Shown here: positions 50,508 through 62,824 of the stretch, in pieces
Layout: every line of letters starts with the position of its first letter
How positions within the stretch are numbered: the first letter of the stretch is position 1
Assembly: GCA_010093995.1 (NCBI GenBank)
Contig: ML992511.1
Coordinates: 233,917 to 297,916 of the forward strand
Reading direction: 5' to 3'
Length of the DNA stretch: 64,000 nt
From: Elsinoe ampelina
Lineage: Eukaryota
The notes under the pieces: generated by a model
Seen by the model: only the letters and a program-made list of their open reading frames with translations
The model's database searches: none
Told to the model about the DNA's origin: nothing
Program-made: the position numbers and the translations under genes

Positions 50508-51779
50508 TCAGTCGAATGGTACTCTTCTCAACCCCTGGTCGACACCACGCTTCTTCATCTCTTGCATGGCTCCCACACTGCTCGGTACGGGAATGCCGCA
50601 GCAGTCACCCCATCCGGTTTCAGCGTGCTTGTGGACCATGCCGTCCTTCATGACCACACCGTCGCCTTCTGTAGCTTCTCCTTCATAATCCTCCTCCTTA
50701 CTCATGCCATCTGCTGCTTGCACAATGCCGCCAAACAGAAAGTGCTGCATGACTGGCAATTTGCCCAAGACTTCGGCCAGAAACATCCTACGCATACCTG
50801 CCTCTACCTTCATCCAGTTCTTCGCCGAGCTGATATCGTCCAGCATGGGACTGTGCCATCTAAGACCCTCGACGTTCTTGACACTGTTGACGAATGCCAC
50901 TTGATCCAGGTAAAGATAGTCCTTTGAGCATTCTTCCAGGATCATCGTCTGATGTATGCTCATTGGTCTGATGTGTGAATGATGGAGGAGTTGGCTTGCG
51001 CCGAACAGAAAGGGCAGAAACTGATAGTCATCGAGTCCCCAGACACCGTGAGATCCAGCAGGTTCGAGGTAGTACGTAGTTTGAATTGTCCTCATCAAGC
51101 GAAAATAGCGTGGGAATAACACCAACGTTACTTGGTCAAAGACTGTCTGTGGTAGTAACGACAATCGATTTAAGCACAACAACCAGACCGCAAAGTTGAG
51201 CTCATGGCCAGATCCGTAGTCGATTCTTGTCCTGTTCCCGAACGCATGGTGCAGATACGTCGAGACTTCTTCCCTGGCAGCCTTGGGCACTCCCAACATG
51301 TTGTGCCATGACTCGAGCTTGAACTCGATCTTATCCACGAAATCCTGGAACGATTTGTTACCAAAACGAGAGCCTTCAGTGTCCAGTGGTGGACATTCCG
51401 AGACTGTAGCCTCCGCTTGGTCCAAGACGTTGAGTAGAGCTGTGATGATGGGATCTCGGTTCTGAGCCTGAACAGAAGTGATGGACTTGTCCTCGGCAGA
51501 CTCGGATAGTGTGAACACGAATGCTGTCACTAGATCATATGCTGGGGATGAAAGAAACACATCATGGTCCTTCTTGGAAAGAATCCGGCGTGTTGGCTTG
51601 GAAAAGGTGAACGATTCGGATGCTGGTGGTAATGGCAGTGCAGGTGTTGTTGGTCGAGGCTTTGCAGGTCCCTCCGTCTGTTTAGATGCCCGTCGTGGTG
51701 TGAGCTTTGGCAGACGCGCCGACAGATCTGAATTACGTAGCTGGTGACTCGCAAGTCGCGATTCGGTTATTGCAGACAT
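50508..51779 (-). CDS. PP2A phosphatase activator (PTPA; Rrd/Ypa family)
   Basis: SRFGN, FGNRTRIDYGSGHELNF, YYLEPAGSHGVWGLDDY, AEVLGKLPVMQHFLFG. Confidence 0.95.
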   Translation of the reverse strand: MSAITESRLASHQLRNSDLSARLPKLTPRRASKQTEGPAKPRPTTPALPLPPASESFTFSKPTRRILSKKDHDVFLSSPAYDLVTAFVFTLSESAEDKSITSVQAQNRDPIITALLNVLDQAEATVSECPPLDTEGSRFGNKSFQDFVDKIEFKLESWHNMLGVPKAAREEVSTYLHHAFGNRTRIDYGSGHELNFAVWLLCLNRLSLLPQTVFDQVTLVLFPRYFRLMRTIQTTYYLEPAGSHGVWGLDDYQFLPFLFGASQLLHHSHIRPMSIHQTMILEECSKDYLYLDQVAFVNSVKNVEGLRWHSPMLDDISSAKNWMKVEAGMRRMFLAEVLGKLPVMQHFLFGGIVQAADGMSKEEDYEGEATEGDGVVMKDGMVHKHAETGWGDCCGIPVPSSVGAMQEMKKRGVDQGLRRVPFD

Positions 51780-52426
51780 GGTGTTTGTTTCGTAGTGTTG
51801 TCAATAGATCAAGTGAGAAAGGGGGTTCTCCGGGGCAACGCCAAGAGATGTCGTGGCTTAGTCATGGTCACGTGAATCTCCAGCCCATCTCCACGTCTCT
51901 CTCACACGTGCTTTTGTCAGGCAAATTTTCACCAAGATGCAGTGGCATACCTCACGGCTGATAGTTTGATACGCATCATGATCCTCCTGCACTGCATCAC
52001 AGCATGTCGACGTGGCAGACCACAAAGTATCTTATGTACTGCTGCATGGCTTGCAGAATCCACGCTTTCGTCACACAAGACTATCGACTCGTGTGCCAAC
52101 CAGGATCGGCGGTGTGCCTGTCCATCACTCGGGACTGCTCTGATGGAGGGTGACATGGAGAAGCGAGCAAATCAAAAAAATGCTGTGGTCGCCCTCTCAG
52201 CAATTTCTCCGTGGATTTGTGATTCGTTGGGAAACCCCACTTCCAAGGCTTCCCACTTTACAGCGAGTGGGTGTGATGACTCTTGCTCTGGCTCCCCCTC
52301 GTTTTTATCTGCTTCTCACCTCCCCGTTCCCCTTGCTTCTTTCCTTTCAAACACTTTTTGCCTTTGCACGCGTATCGATTACTGCATACAAGCGCTGCCA
52401 GATCAACAAATTAGTTCTACAATCTT

Positions 52427-52767
52427 CCAGGACCATTTACTAGGATTACAAACAAGTACATACATTCCCAGGATTTACCATACCCGGATCTTACCAGGAT
52501 GACATTTCGCACCCGCGAGGACTGTCTTGATAACAGGTACTTTACCCCTACCCTCATAGACCTCTTGCGAAAGCTCGAGTAATGTCAACATCTACATGTG
52601 TTGGCAGTTGTCTGATGTCGTTTCTTTTGTCTTGTTTGCAGCACATTGGAGAATCAGGACGGAGCTGGACCGGATCCACTCCCATTTCCAGGATCATATT
52701 CCCAGGACCCATTTTCCAGGATCAGGACTATTCCAGGACCATAACCAGGACCATATCATAACCAGGA
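52427..52767 (+). promoter_or_regulatory. Cluster of CCAGGA motifs upstream of, or in the leader of, the C2H2 gene
   Basis: Nine exact same-strand copies plus variants within about 340 bp. Confidence 0.5.
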
Positions 52768-53603
52768 AACATGTTGGAAAGCTTCTACCCGTCCGGGCAA
52801 GCTCAGTCAAGGTAGGTATGATTTTGTGACTCGCAACGACTCATGTGAAATGTAGCTCCAAGGATTTTCCAATGGATTCATAACGACGAGCTGAGGTCTG
52901 CCATGTATCGAGGGCGACCACAATAGGATACTAGTGGACCCATGCTCACAAGACACCATTCCGGAGACCAGACCATTTGGAAGCGGACTCATTTCATTCG
53001 CGTTCACTCAGCGAGAATAGCACGCACGACTTTTGTTTTTCCGGACCTGGGATGCAAGACATCGTGTTCATCATCTTCTTCAGACTGACGACGACGAGAG
53101 TTGTACCTCTAGATGGATAACCTTCTACGAGCTTGGGATGTTCCCAGGATGACTTGGATATTAACCTACTTTGGACGCGGCGCGAAATGAGTGTACCGTT
53201 ACCAACTTTCTTCTACTCCTGAACCTCACGGAAATATAATGGACCCACCAAGGAACACGCTGGTCACAGAATATAAGAACCTGGACAACCGCATGGTCTG
53301 TGTATGCGGCTATATCGTGTATTGATTGTAGCTGATTTGTCGCAGGACCTCTTCGAACCTGCTCTTCTCCAATATGACTTGCGTATACCATGCGTCGTCC
53401 ACTTACTAACATGTTTTGTTTTCAGCGAGTTCCTTTTCTCCCCCACGCAGTCGGATTCCTTGTCTCTGGCCTCTTTCCAGGATCTCTGCGATATTTGGAG
53501 CGAGCCCGCTCAGGAATCACTCTCTTCACTCTCGCCACCTGACTCGCCCGAGTCTTTCCACGGATCCCAAGCATTTGACTGGGATAGGTACTGCTCTGAG
53601 GAT

Positions 53604-55120
53604 ATGTCTTGGGCCATCAACGACTACCCGGAAAATACGTCAGACAACACCAGCCACAATGGACTGTTCATCTCACTACCTGCCGAGGAGAGCAATACTT
53701 GGAATATTTCTTCGGAGCACACTGGTCAGGCTGTATCAAGAGGGTCTATGACTTCTTCGGACGTGATAGTCGCCCCTTTGCCGTCATGGTCATCATCCAT
53801 GCACGTTGTTCCGGATACCTCACAGTACGGATGGCCTCTCCAAGGACAAGAGACATTACCCGGATCATCACAAACTCCCGCACAAGGAGGTTCGGCATAT
53901 GCCGATAGTGTCCTATTTGACGCTTCGTATAGTAAGTCTACTTCCACTGGACAAGAGCGATCACAAAGGAACCCTGTGCCTTCCAATGCCTACATGACAT
54001 CTATTCCCGGAAGCACAGCTCAACATGGACCAATTGTCGATCCATCCAGCTTGTCGTTCGTAGACCCGTTTGTCGGATATTCCATGGATGCAGATGTAAC
54101 CTTCAATGCACACATGCTGCCTGGCGGAACGGGCCCGACCTTTGCTGGACCCTCTTGGGAAACTTCACTGGGTATGCCTCATCCTGGTCCCAATAGCAGG
54201 CAGGATGCTAGCACTCCGGACTCGTTCACGGCGGGGATGATGATGCAAGATCGGGCTTCTCGTACTGGAACTGGATTCTATGACTTCCCTGTCGTGCTCA
54301 AGGAACCTCTTCACCGTCACGCCAGCTCAGATCGCCAAAGTGGTTGGCCAGCCATTCGACCCGCAGAGCAGCGCAGATCTTCACATCCACTGTCTCCTTC
54401 TCGAACCACAGTTGCTACCGCTGGAAAGTCCTTGCCGGAAAAAGAAGGACGTTTCCGCACTCACCCGCATTACACCGCAAAGCCAAAGCAAGATGGCATG
54501 TACCACTGTCCATTCGATGACTGTGCCCACCAGCCTACGCCGCTCAAGTGCAATTACGAGTGCGTCACCAAATGTGTCCATACATGTACAGTAGCTGACC
54601 ATAACCTAGCAAGTTCATCGATTCCCATATCAAACCATTCCGCTGCCGAAATGCACACTGCAGCGAGCAACAATTCTCCTCGACTGCATGCTTGCTCCGA
54701 CACGAACGCGAGGCGCATGGTCTCCATGGGCACGGCGAACGTCCGAATCTCTGCCAATATCAAGACTGCGACCGAGCACGACCCGGAAACGGCTTCCCAC
54801 GTCACTACAATTTGATGGACCACATGCGTAGAGTCCACGGCCACGAGACCAAGGAAGAGGCAAATACCCCTTCCAGCACTGGAGTCCGCGACTCCGGCCG
54901 CGTCAGCAAGAGCCGGAAGAAGAAGGGAAAGACGGTCATTGCAGAGTCTTCCAGGAGAGTCTCGAATTCCAGAATTGAGGTGAGGAGGCATGATCGACAA
55001 GGCAAGACGCAACACTGACAATGCCCCTAGCCAGCTACCCGTACACGCACCGGCTCTCGCGTCGGTGCCACCCAAGAACGGCTGCTTCAGCAAGCTGTCT
55101 CGCGCCGATCTATGGGTTGA
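53604..55120 (+). CDS. C2H2 zinc-finger transcription factor (start and 3' end uncertain)
   Basis: YHCPFDDC..LKCNY|DKFIDSHIKPFRC..C..FSSTACLLRHEREAH and CQYQDCDR..GNGFPRHYNLMDHMRRVH. Introns 54560-54609 and 54980-55030. Confidence 0.82.
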
Positions 55121-56246
55121 GCCAATGACCATCAGATTGGACCTATATACTACCAAGCGCCGGATCAATGTAGATGTTCACCAGATCCACGTGCATGTCA
55201 CGGCCGAGGAAACCAGCGAGTCGGCCAGCGCCGTATCATTATCAGCGAAGCGGCGACTGCGGTACCTTCAGGCCGAGGGGAGGCGCCATTATGAGTGGGA
55301 AGATGAGGAAGAGAGTGTCAGTAGACACGAAGATACCCACACTGAAGGAAGAGTGTCGGCATTTCGGTTCAAAGTTTTGTCTTTCAACGATGTTTATCAG
55401 CGATGTTGTTGAGCGATCTGTTTCGGCGGCTTTATCGAGCTTGATTTCCATGTTCAGCATGTACCTTATATTTTCGGTATCATCCATCTAAAAGCGTTGT
55501 CTTTTTGCAAGTTACGAGCGGTCAGATTGCATCTCGTGCCCCAACACCGAGGTAATGGGCTTGTGTGCCAGACCTGTCGCCATGGTGTGTATCCCACTTG
55601 TCTGGTCCACTCTCATACAGCCCCAGAAATACTGACCAATGATATCAATTCAAAGGCTCTATCGTCAAAGGAAGTACCCGAACGCCTCGGCAATGCTTGG
55701 AGCAGACAAGAACATCATGAACAGTCATGAATCAGTGCGAGGATCAAGGTACGCGCTTGCCTCAGTCATCAACGCCTCGGGTCCGGATACCATGCTCTAG
55801 ACCTACCAACTGACAAGCGACACTTGAAGACGTTGCATCAACCGATAAGCGACATCACACAAATCCTGCACATGCTGCACAATTCGAGAAGAAAGCCCCG
55901 CCATTCGGCCTGCACATCTCGGTCAAATCCGCGATGACGTCTGTCCCGGCGAACCTTGTCGGGAAGCATTCCGCCCGAGGATCGCACATGTTTCGCGGCG
56001 TAACACCCACCTGTTTAGTGAACATGTGACCGTCCTGGCTCTGCTTTGCAATCCCGCATGGTTGCCTTCTCACAAATGGTTCGACCCGCAACGACGTGCT
56101 TCCGTTCACTTTTCCTCACTACCAGCCTCATCCGTCCAACCCTATCCCAGTTCGTGATCCAACAGCCAAACCCACTCTCACAATTCCTCCTTCCTTCGCA
56201 CCACCACCAACAACCCCTCTGCCCCGCCGTCCGCACCGCCGCGACC

Positions 56247-56855
56247 ATGGCATCAGCAACCAGCTTCCACGAATTCCAAACCAAAGACAGTGCGTCCCTC
56301 CCCTCATACCTGCCCCCCCCTTCGTCCCCTCCCAGGCTAACCCCTTCCCCCCCTCCAGAAAAAGGCCAACCCTTCCCCCTCTCCACCCTCAAAGGCAAAG
56401 TCGTCCTCGTCGTCAACACAGCCAGCAAATGCGGTTTCACCCCACAATTCGCCGGCCTGGAAACCCTGTACAAAGACGTCAAAAAATCCCACCCGTCCGA
56501 CTTTGAAATCCTCGGCTTCCCCTGCAACCAGTTCGGCGGCCAGGACCCGGGGTCCGACGACCAGATCCAGAGTTTCTGCCAGCTGAACTACGGCGTCACG
56601 TTCCCCGTGTTGGGCAAGACGGATGTCAACGGGGACAAGGCCGAGCCCGTGTGGGAGTGGATGAAGAGTGAGAAGCCCGGCATTATGGGGTTGAAGAGGG
56701 TGAAGTGGAATTTTGAAAAGTTTTTGATTGGAAAGGACGGGAAGGTCAAGGGGAGGTGGGCGAGTACGACTGATCCGGCGACGTTGAAGGGGGCGATTGA
56801 GGCCGAGTTGAAGAAGGGGGCTGGGAAGGTGGATAGTCCGCAGGTTGCGAAGTAG
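56247..56855 (+). CDS. HYR1: Glutathione peroxidase-like thiol peroxidase (Hyr1/Gpx3 type)
   Basis: In-frame intron 56290-56358. VNTASKCGFTPQ, GFPCNQFG, KWNFEKFL. Upstream in-frame ATG at 56076. Confidence 0.93.
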   Translation: MASATSFHEFQTKDSASLPSYLPPPSSPPRLTPSPPPEKGQPFPLSTLKGKVVLVVNTASKCGFTPQFAGLETLYKDVKKSHPSDFEILGFPCNQFGGQDPGSDDQIQSFCQLNYGVTFPVLGKTDVNGDKAEPVWEWMKSEKPGIMGLKRVKWNFEKFLIGKDGKVKGRWASTTDPATLKGAIEAELKKGAGKVDSPQVAK

Positions 56856-57053
56856 GGGGGCCAGTCGGAAGGGATGCAAAGGGGTGGGAAGGAAGCAATG
56901 ACACATGAGAGATATCCAGGTAGTTTAGTTTCATGAATCATGGTATTGCATGGAACGTCTGCGCTTGGTGCTGCGTATTGATTGGCCGTTTAAAGACATG
57001 GACTATGAATCGCTAATATCAGATCCCGCCTGTACCCTCGTACCGTCCTGGTT

Positions 57054-58439
57054 TCAATTCAAGCGAACATAATTACCTGCATACAATCAGTATCATGTAA
57101 TCAGAAGCTTGGTTTCGGATTGAACTCACCCGGGAATTGTCCTTGCCTGCCATGCACCTTGCCGGTCCACCATTCATTTTCGTTTTGCGTCCGATGTACA
57201 ATCTCAATGACATCTCCAGTGGTAAAGCTCAAGTCACCTTCCGCCTGCGCTTCATAGTCGTACAATGCTGTCACTGTCTCTGTAGCAGGAGCGCCACTCA
57301 ATCTTGACGGCTTTGGCTTTGGTGGCGGAGGTGCTGCCTTTCCTATCGTGCTGAACTTGCTTGTGCTGCCGAGAGATGGACTGCCATTCGATAACGTTGG
57401 AGATGCAACCCCGTTCGCGTTCGCGCTATATGGAGGTGGTTGCGCTGAAGAGGAGCCACCTGTTGGGTTGTACTCGATTGCGGCAGGCTTATTGGCACTT
57501 GGCCCTGCTTCTAGCAACTTATTCTGACTGTACTTGCTGAGTGGTCGACCCAGACCCTTTGTCTTGAAATGTGTAATGGCAAGCGCCTCTGCCCTTTGCT
57601 GAATGTCGCCACGCTTCTCTTCGAATGCTGCCTCAATGTCGAGGGTGAGGTTGAAGTAGCCGATGTCGATCGCCTGCATGCGCTCGTGTAGAGTATAGAA
57701 CACATTGAGTTGCATGTAGTAGAAGGATTGGAAAAGAGGTCTGATAAACTCTCTTTCCAGGCGGAATAGTTGAGGCAGCTCATTCTTCAGCAGCGTGTTG
57801 AAGTATTCGTACTCCTGAGTCGCAAGCTCGACGTCATTCTCGGCACGGTACAAGGCCTTTTCGGTTTTCAGGTCCTTCTCCGGCTTGTCCTGCAGCTTCT
57901 TTAGGGTCGCTCGATGCCGGTCATAATCCAATTGCTTGTGGTCTCGTTTTACGGCAGCCTTGCGCACCTGCTTGATGATTTCCAGAAGTTCATCCGCAGG
58001 CTTGACTATCCGTGACTCTATCATTTCAAGCTCTGGTTGCAGGGATACCTTCAGCTCGTTGACAATCTTCTGGTACTCCTCGCATGCTTCGATGCCTTCG
58101 GGGTTTCCGTCCACCACGAAAGAATCGGGATCTGACATCCTTCCAGAGATTGGCTGGTAGATTTCTGAGCAGGCTTTTGCGAACTCAATCTGGTGGTCGA
58201 GCATGCCATTGATCGATTGAAAGTACCTTCATATGTCAACCACGCATTCCTTTCTTTGTGTGCCGGAATCCTTACTTTTTCGATTCCTCATGCAACTTCT
58301 TAGTCTCCGTCTCCAACTCATCGAAACGGCGCTCAGCGTCTATATAAACCGGGTCCCGAGATATTTCTCCCATGTTGAATCGTTGCTTGAAGGTCTGCGG
58401 AGCTCGCAAGGCCCCCTTCGAGAAGCCCTTCCATGACAT
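57054..58439 (-). CDS. RVS167: Amphiphysin-like BAR-SH3 protein
   Basis: [53 protein letters not shown]. Introns 58275-58227 and 57129-57077. Confidence 0.93.
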
Positions 58440-58952
58440 GTTAGGCGATCGTGCGTGACCCTTTAGCGATTCTATTGCTCCAGTGGAATACAGAAAGAGG
58501 CGAGATGCTGGTGAAGTCGAAAGAGAATGACGAGTTCTGCGCAGGCAGCGGGATATAGTGAGGCTGCGCAGACACACACTCTTGGCCTAATCCTTTGAGG
58601 GGTGCTGATCGCCGGCAGCTGGCGGTAGAGCAATGAGACCTGGATTGGGTTCGGTGGTCCTGACAGTCGTGTCGAAAATATGATATCCGATCAATTACTA
58701 TTACTATTGTGGTTGTTCAGGGAGCAGTTGTGTGGGAAAGAAGTGGACCTGGTTGCTGACATGTGGGTTGCTTCGACGGCCGCGACTGAGGGAGGATCAA
58801 AATACGTCACTGCCAAGTCCGGCATTATCAAAGATCTCGCCGACCGGAATCTTTGCCCCGATGAAGGGTCCGAGCGTCCAACAATTCATCATTCGAGACT
58901 TTGAAGAGCTTCATTATCGTGACAGATCAAACAACACATCCTACATATCACC

Positions 58953-60693
58953 ATGTCGAATGTAGCACCCCTCGCAGCTCGCCAGGTCATGCGCCAGTGC
59001 TCTCGGCGTTTGTCGACCACGAATGGACTGGTCCGCCAGGCTCCACGCGCTATCGCCTCCCCATCATCAAGAAATCGTCGAACTTATGTATCAGAGACTG
59101 GTCCGAAGAAGGCGACTGTCAATATCGAGCAGACCATCCGCGAAGATCAGAAGAACTTCGTTTCGCAGACTGGTATTCAGCCCAAGGATGCTACCATGCC
59201 TACGACTGGTATCGCCGCAGATGCAATGCTCTCTCCGACTGCTGGTATACTCAAGCAAGCTACTATTATGGACGAGGGTACACGGCCGATCTATCTCGAT
59301 ATGCAGGCTACCACACCGACAGATCCGCGAGTATTGGATGCGATGCTTCCATTCATGACTGGCCAGTATGGTAATCCACACAGTCGGACACATGCTTATG
59401 GATGGGAGACGGACAAGGCAGTCGAAGTGGCGAGGAAGCACGTTGCGGACCTCATCGGAGCAGATCCGAAAGAAATAATCTTCACATCTGGCGCAACCGA
59501 GTCGAACAACATGTCGATAAAGGGTGTTGCGCGCTTCTTCAAGAAGGGTGGAAAGAAGAATCACATCATCACCTGTCAGACCGAGCACAAGTGTGTACTC
59601 GACTCGTGTCGTCATTTGCAGGAGGAGGGATTTGATGTCACATACCTGAGCGTTGGTGAAGACGGACGGATCAGCATGGCAGAGTTGGAGCAAGCTATGC
59701 GACCGGAGACAATGCTGGTCAGCATCATGACGGTCAACAACGAAATTGGCGTGGTGCAGCCTATGGATGAGATAGGCCAGCTCTGCCGTAAGAAAAAGGT
59801 CTTCTTCCACAGCGACGCCGCACAGGCAGTCGGCAAGATCCCCGTCGACGTCAACAAGATGAATGTCGACCTCATGTCCCTGTCCGGACACAAGATCTAC
59901 GGACCAAAGGGTGTAGGTGCCTGCTACGTCCGTCGACGACCACGAGTCCGTATCGATCCCCTCATCTCTGGCGGCGGTCAAGAGCGAGGTCTACGCAGCG
60001 GCACCCTCCCCGCCCCTCTCGCTATCGGTTTCGGTGAAGCAGCCCGCATCGCAAAGGAAGAACTCGAAGTAAGCCTCTCCCCCCCTTTTCCTCCTTACCT
60101 TTCCCATTACATGATTATATGCTACACACATGCATGGCTTTCTGAGCAGACGCCGTGACAAGCGTCGACCCAAATATGCAGCCACACAGCAGGGGTTATG
60201 ACCACTCTTCCCTCCTCCCTCTTCTTCCCTCACCCCCTCCTCATCAACCCCCAACTAACAAACTCCCAAGTACGACTCCCACCGCGTCACCTCCCTCGCC
60301 AACCGCCTCTCCTCGGGCCTCCTCTCCATGGACCACACCACCCTCAACGGCTCCGCCCTCCACCGCTACCCCGGGTGCGTCAACGTCTCCTTCGCCTACG
60401 TCGAAGGCGAATCCCTCCTCATGGCGCTCAAAGACATCGCCCTCTCCTCGGGGTCCGCCTGCACCTCGGCCTCGCTGGAACCCAGCTACGTGCTTCGCGC
60501 GCTGGGGAACTCGGACGAGAGCGCCCACAGCAGCATCAGGTTCGGCATCGGTCGGTTCACGACGGAGGAGGAGATTGATTACGTGCTCAAGGCGGTGAGG
60601 GAGAGGGTGAGTTTTTTGAGGGAGTTGAGTCCGTTGTGGGAGTTGGTGCAGGAGGGGGTGGATTTGGGGACTATCGAGTGGAGTCAGCATTAG
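58953..60693 (+). CDS. NFS1: Mitochondrial cysteine desulfurase
   Basis: [49 protein letters not shown]-terminal IEWSQH. Intron 60069-60270. Confidence 0.97.
60110..60203 (+). ncRNA. Intronic box C/D snoRNA (18S rRNA guide)
   Basis: Box C ATGATTA at 60111. Guide ACATGCATGGCTT (60128-60140) is complementary to the conserved 18S 5' sequence AAGCCAUGCAUGU. D' CTGA at 60142 and D ATGA at 60198. Confidence 0.75.
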
Positions 60694-61299
60694 GGTTATC
60701 GGGGACTGATGGTAGGGGGTTTGGGTGGTGTATGCTAGATGAATGGCGTTGTACAGAATGATACCTCGCGTTCACTTGTCTTTACCGTCCGTCTGCTCAT
60801 GCCTGCTGGTGGGGTCTGGCACAGTCTGTGATGACAATCTTTCAGATCGAACTTTTTCCATTCCTCTCGCGCAACAGCGCGGTAAGCACGCGCATAGGGC
60901 ACGATATGGTATCTACAAGAAGACTTGGTCCTTCTTCCCCTCCTTTCCTGCTCTCCTAATGACAAACGAGATCTCCTCTTCTGATACTGAGCCCGTCTTT
61001 CCTTCGCTGGTAGTAAAATCCTTCCCATTACCCCTCGCAGGCTAGTCCGTTCCAATGAAATGATCCCTCCGATCGCGCGTTGCGCCGTGCAGAAGAAGAC
61101 ATAAAGAGTCCAGGAAAGCCTTGGATGGCCGAATATAGGTGTGGTGGTACATTGCATGCCGAACGCATGGGGTGTGGTTGTAGCGACTGTCCCGGACCCG
61201 CCAGGCGGTCGCGCTTCTCTTTCTTGCTATCCCGGCCTTTCAATCGCTTCGTACGATCCCTCCTCGATGTTTGAGGTCAAACCGGTGTGGAGGAGACAT

Positions 61300-62824
61300 T
61301 TACTTTCCCCAACCAAACATACCCGCGTCACCTGCATCATCAGGGTACACGTAGAACGCAATACCGAGGATGAGGTACATGCCGAGACACATTGCTCCCT
61401 CGAGGTAATTGCTCTTCCCGTCCTGAATGAGGTAATTCACCACCATAACAGACAGGAAGAACACCACCGTCTCGAACAGCTGGAAGTGCAGCGTCATTGG
61501 CTGACCCATAGCCCAACCAAGCAAGACCAGGAACGGAGTGACGAAGAGCGCAATCTGCATTGAGCTGCCGATGGCGACGCCGATGGCGAGATCCATCTTG
61601 TCCTTGTACGCGACGACAACGGCGGTGACGTGCTCGGCTGCGTTTCCGACGATGGGGATGAGGATGAGACCGATGAAAGTCTTTGAGATGCCGGTCGAGG
61701 TGACGATGGATTCGATGCTGCCAACGAGGTAGTCGGCGCAGATGGACACTAGGACGGTGATGAGAACGAGGACGACGGTGGCGGAGTACGGAGAGAGGAT
61801 CTGGCCTTCTCCTTCGCCTTCGCCTTCTTCGCCGTCATCGGCGGCGGTCTCTTCGTCGAAGAGCTCGGTGTGGGTCTTGAGCTGGAAGACGAGGTAGAGG
61901 ACGTAGAGGATCAGGAGAATGATGGCGGTGCCATGGGAGAGAATTAGGATGTTGTCGTCGGTAGAGGACTTGGAGCGGGCAAGAGCGGCATAGAGTGTGG
62001 CGGGAATGACTAGCGATGCGGATGCGACGGCCATGAGGGAGGACATGGTGCTTGCGACGGTTGAGTTGAAGGATTGTTCCTGTCGTCTGAAACCACCGGC
62101 GATGAAGCAGCATCCTAGGACGAGCAGGATGTTGGAGAGGATAGAACCCAACATGCTTGCTTGTACGATGCGGATCTCGCCGTCTCGGAGCGCGACAATG
62201 GAGACCTGTGAAGCTTGTCAGACCTGTGTATTACCCATGCCATGTGGCTCTTACAATAAGTTCAACGGCATTGCCGAAGGTTGCGTTCATGAGACCTCCC
62301 AAGGTTTGACCTAATTTGGCACTAATCTCTTCAGTCGCAAAGCTTAGGAGAGCGGCCAGGGGTATAATGGCGAAGAAGTTGACCACAAAGACGGCTGGTA
62401 GGATATGTTAGCGGTGTATCATCCTCCCGTCCTCGACAACCTCACCTGTAGGGTTTCCGCCAGTTGCGCCAAGGATAATACCAGCAGGAACAAAAACGAG
62501 AAGACAATTCACGTAGTTTGAGGATAGAACCTGCCAGGTCTTGTGCAGGATGAGTGCCGGCCACTTGATATACGCCCGATCATCCTCCCAGCGCGGGTTT
62601 CCATCCGAATCATGCAGTATCGAAGTGACACTATTCAACCTCGACGACGAGTGTCCATTGACCAGCGGTGTATTCTCGTCCGGCATGTCTTCTGCGACTC
62701 TTCCCGAACCTCTCCTGTCGGGGAACTTCCCGCTACCAGGTCGACCGGCGCTTCGAAACTGTGACTTGAAATTCGAGTTGATTGCTGTATGCGATTGGCC
62801 CAAGGTCAGTCTCGCGGCCTCCAT
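61300..62824 (-). CDS. VCX1: Vacuolar Ca2+/H+ exchanger
   Basis: Multi-exon. [57 protein letters not shown]. Confidence 0.93.

Noticed and set aside
52427..52767. CRISPR-like reading of the CCAGGA repeats
   Set aside because: Repeats are only 6 nt with irregular spacers, the context is eukaryotic, and there are no cas genes.
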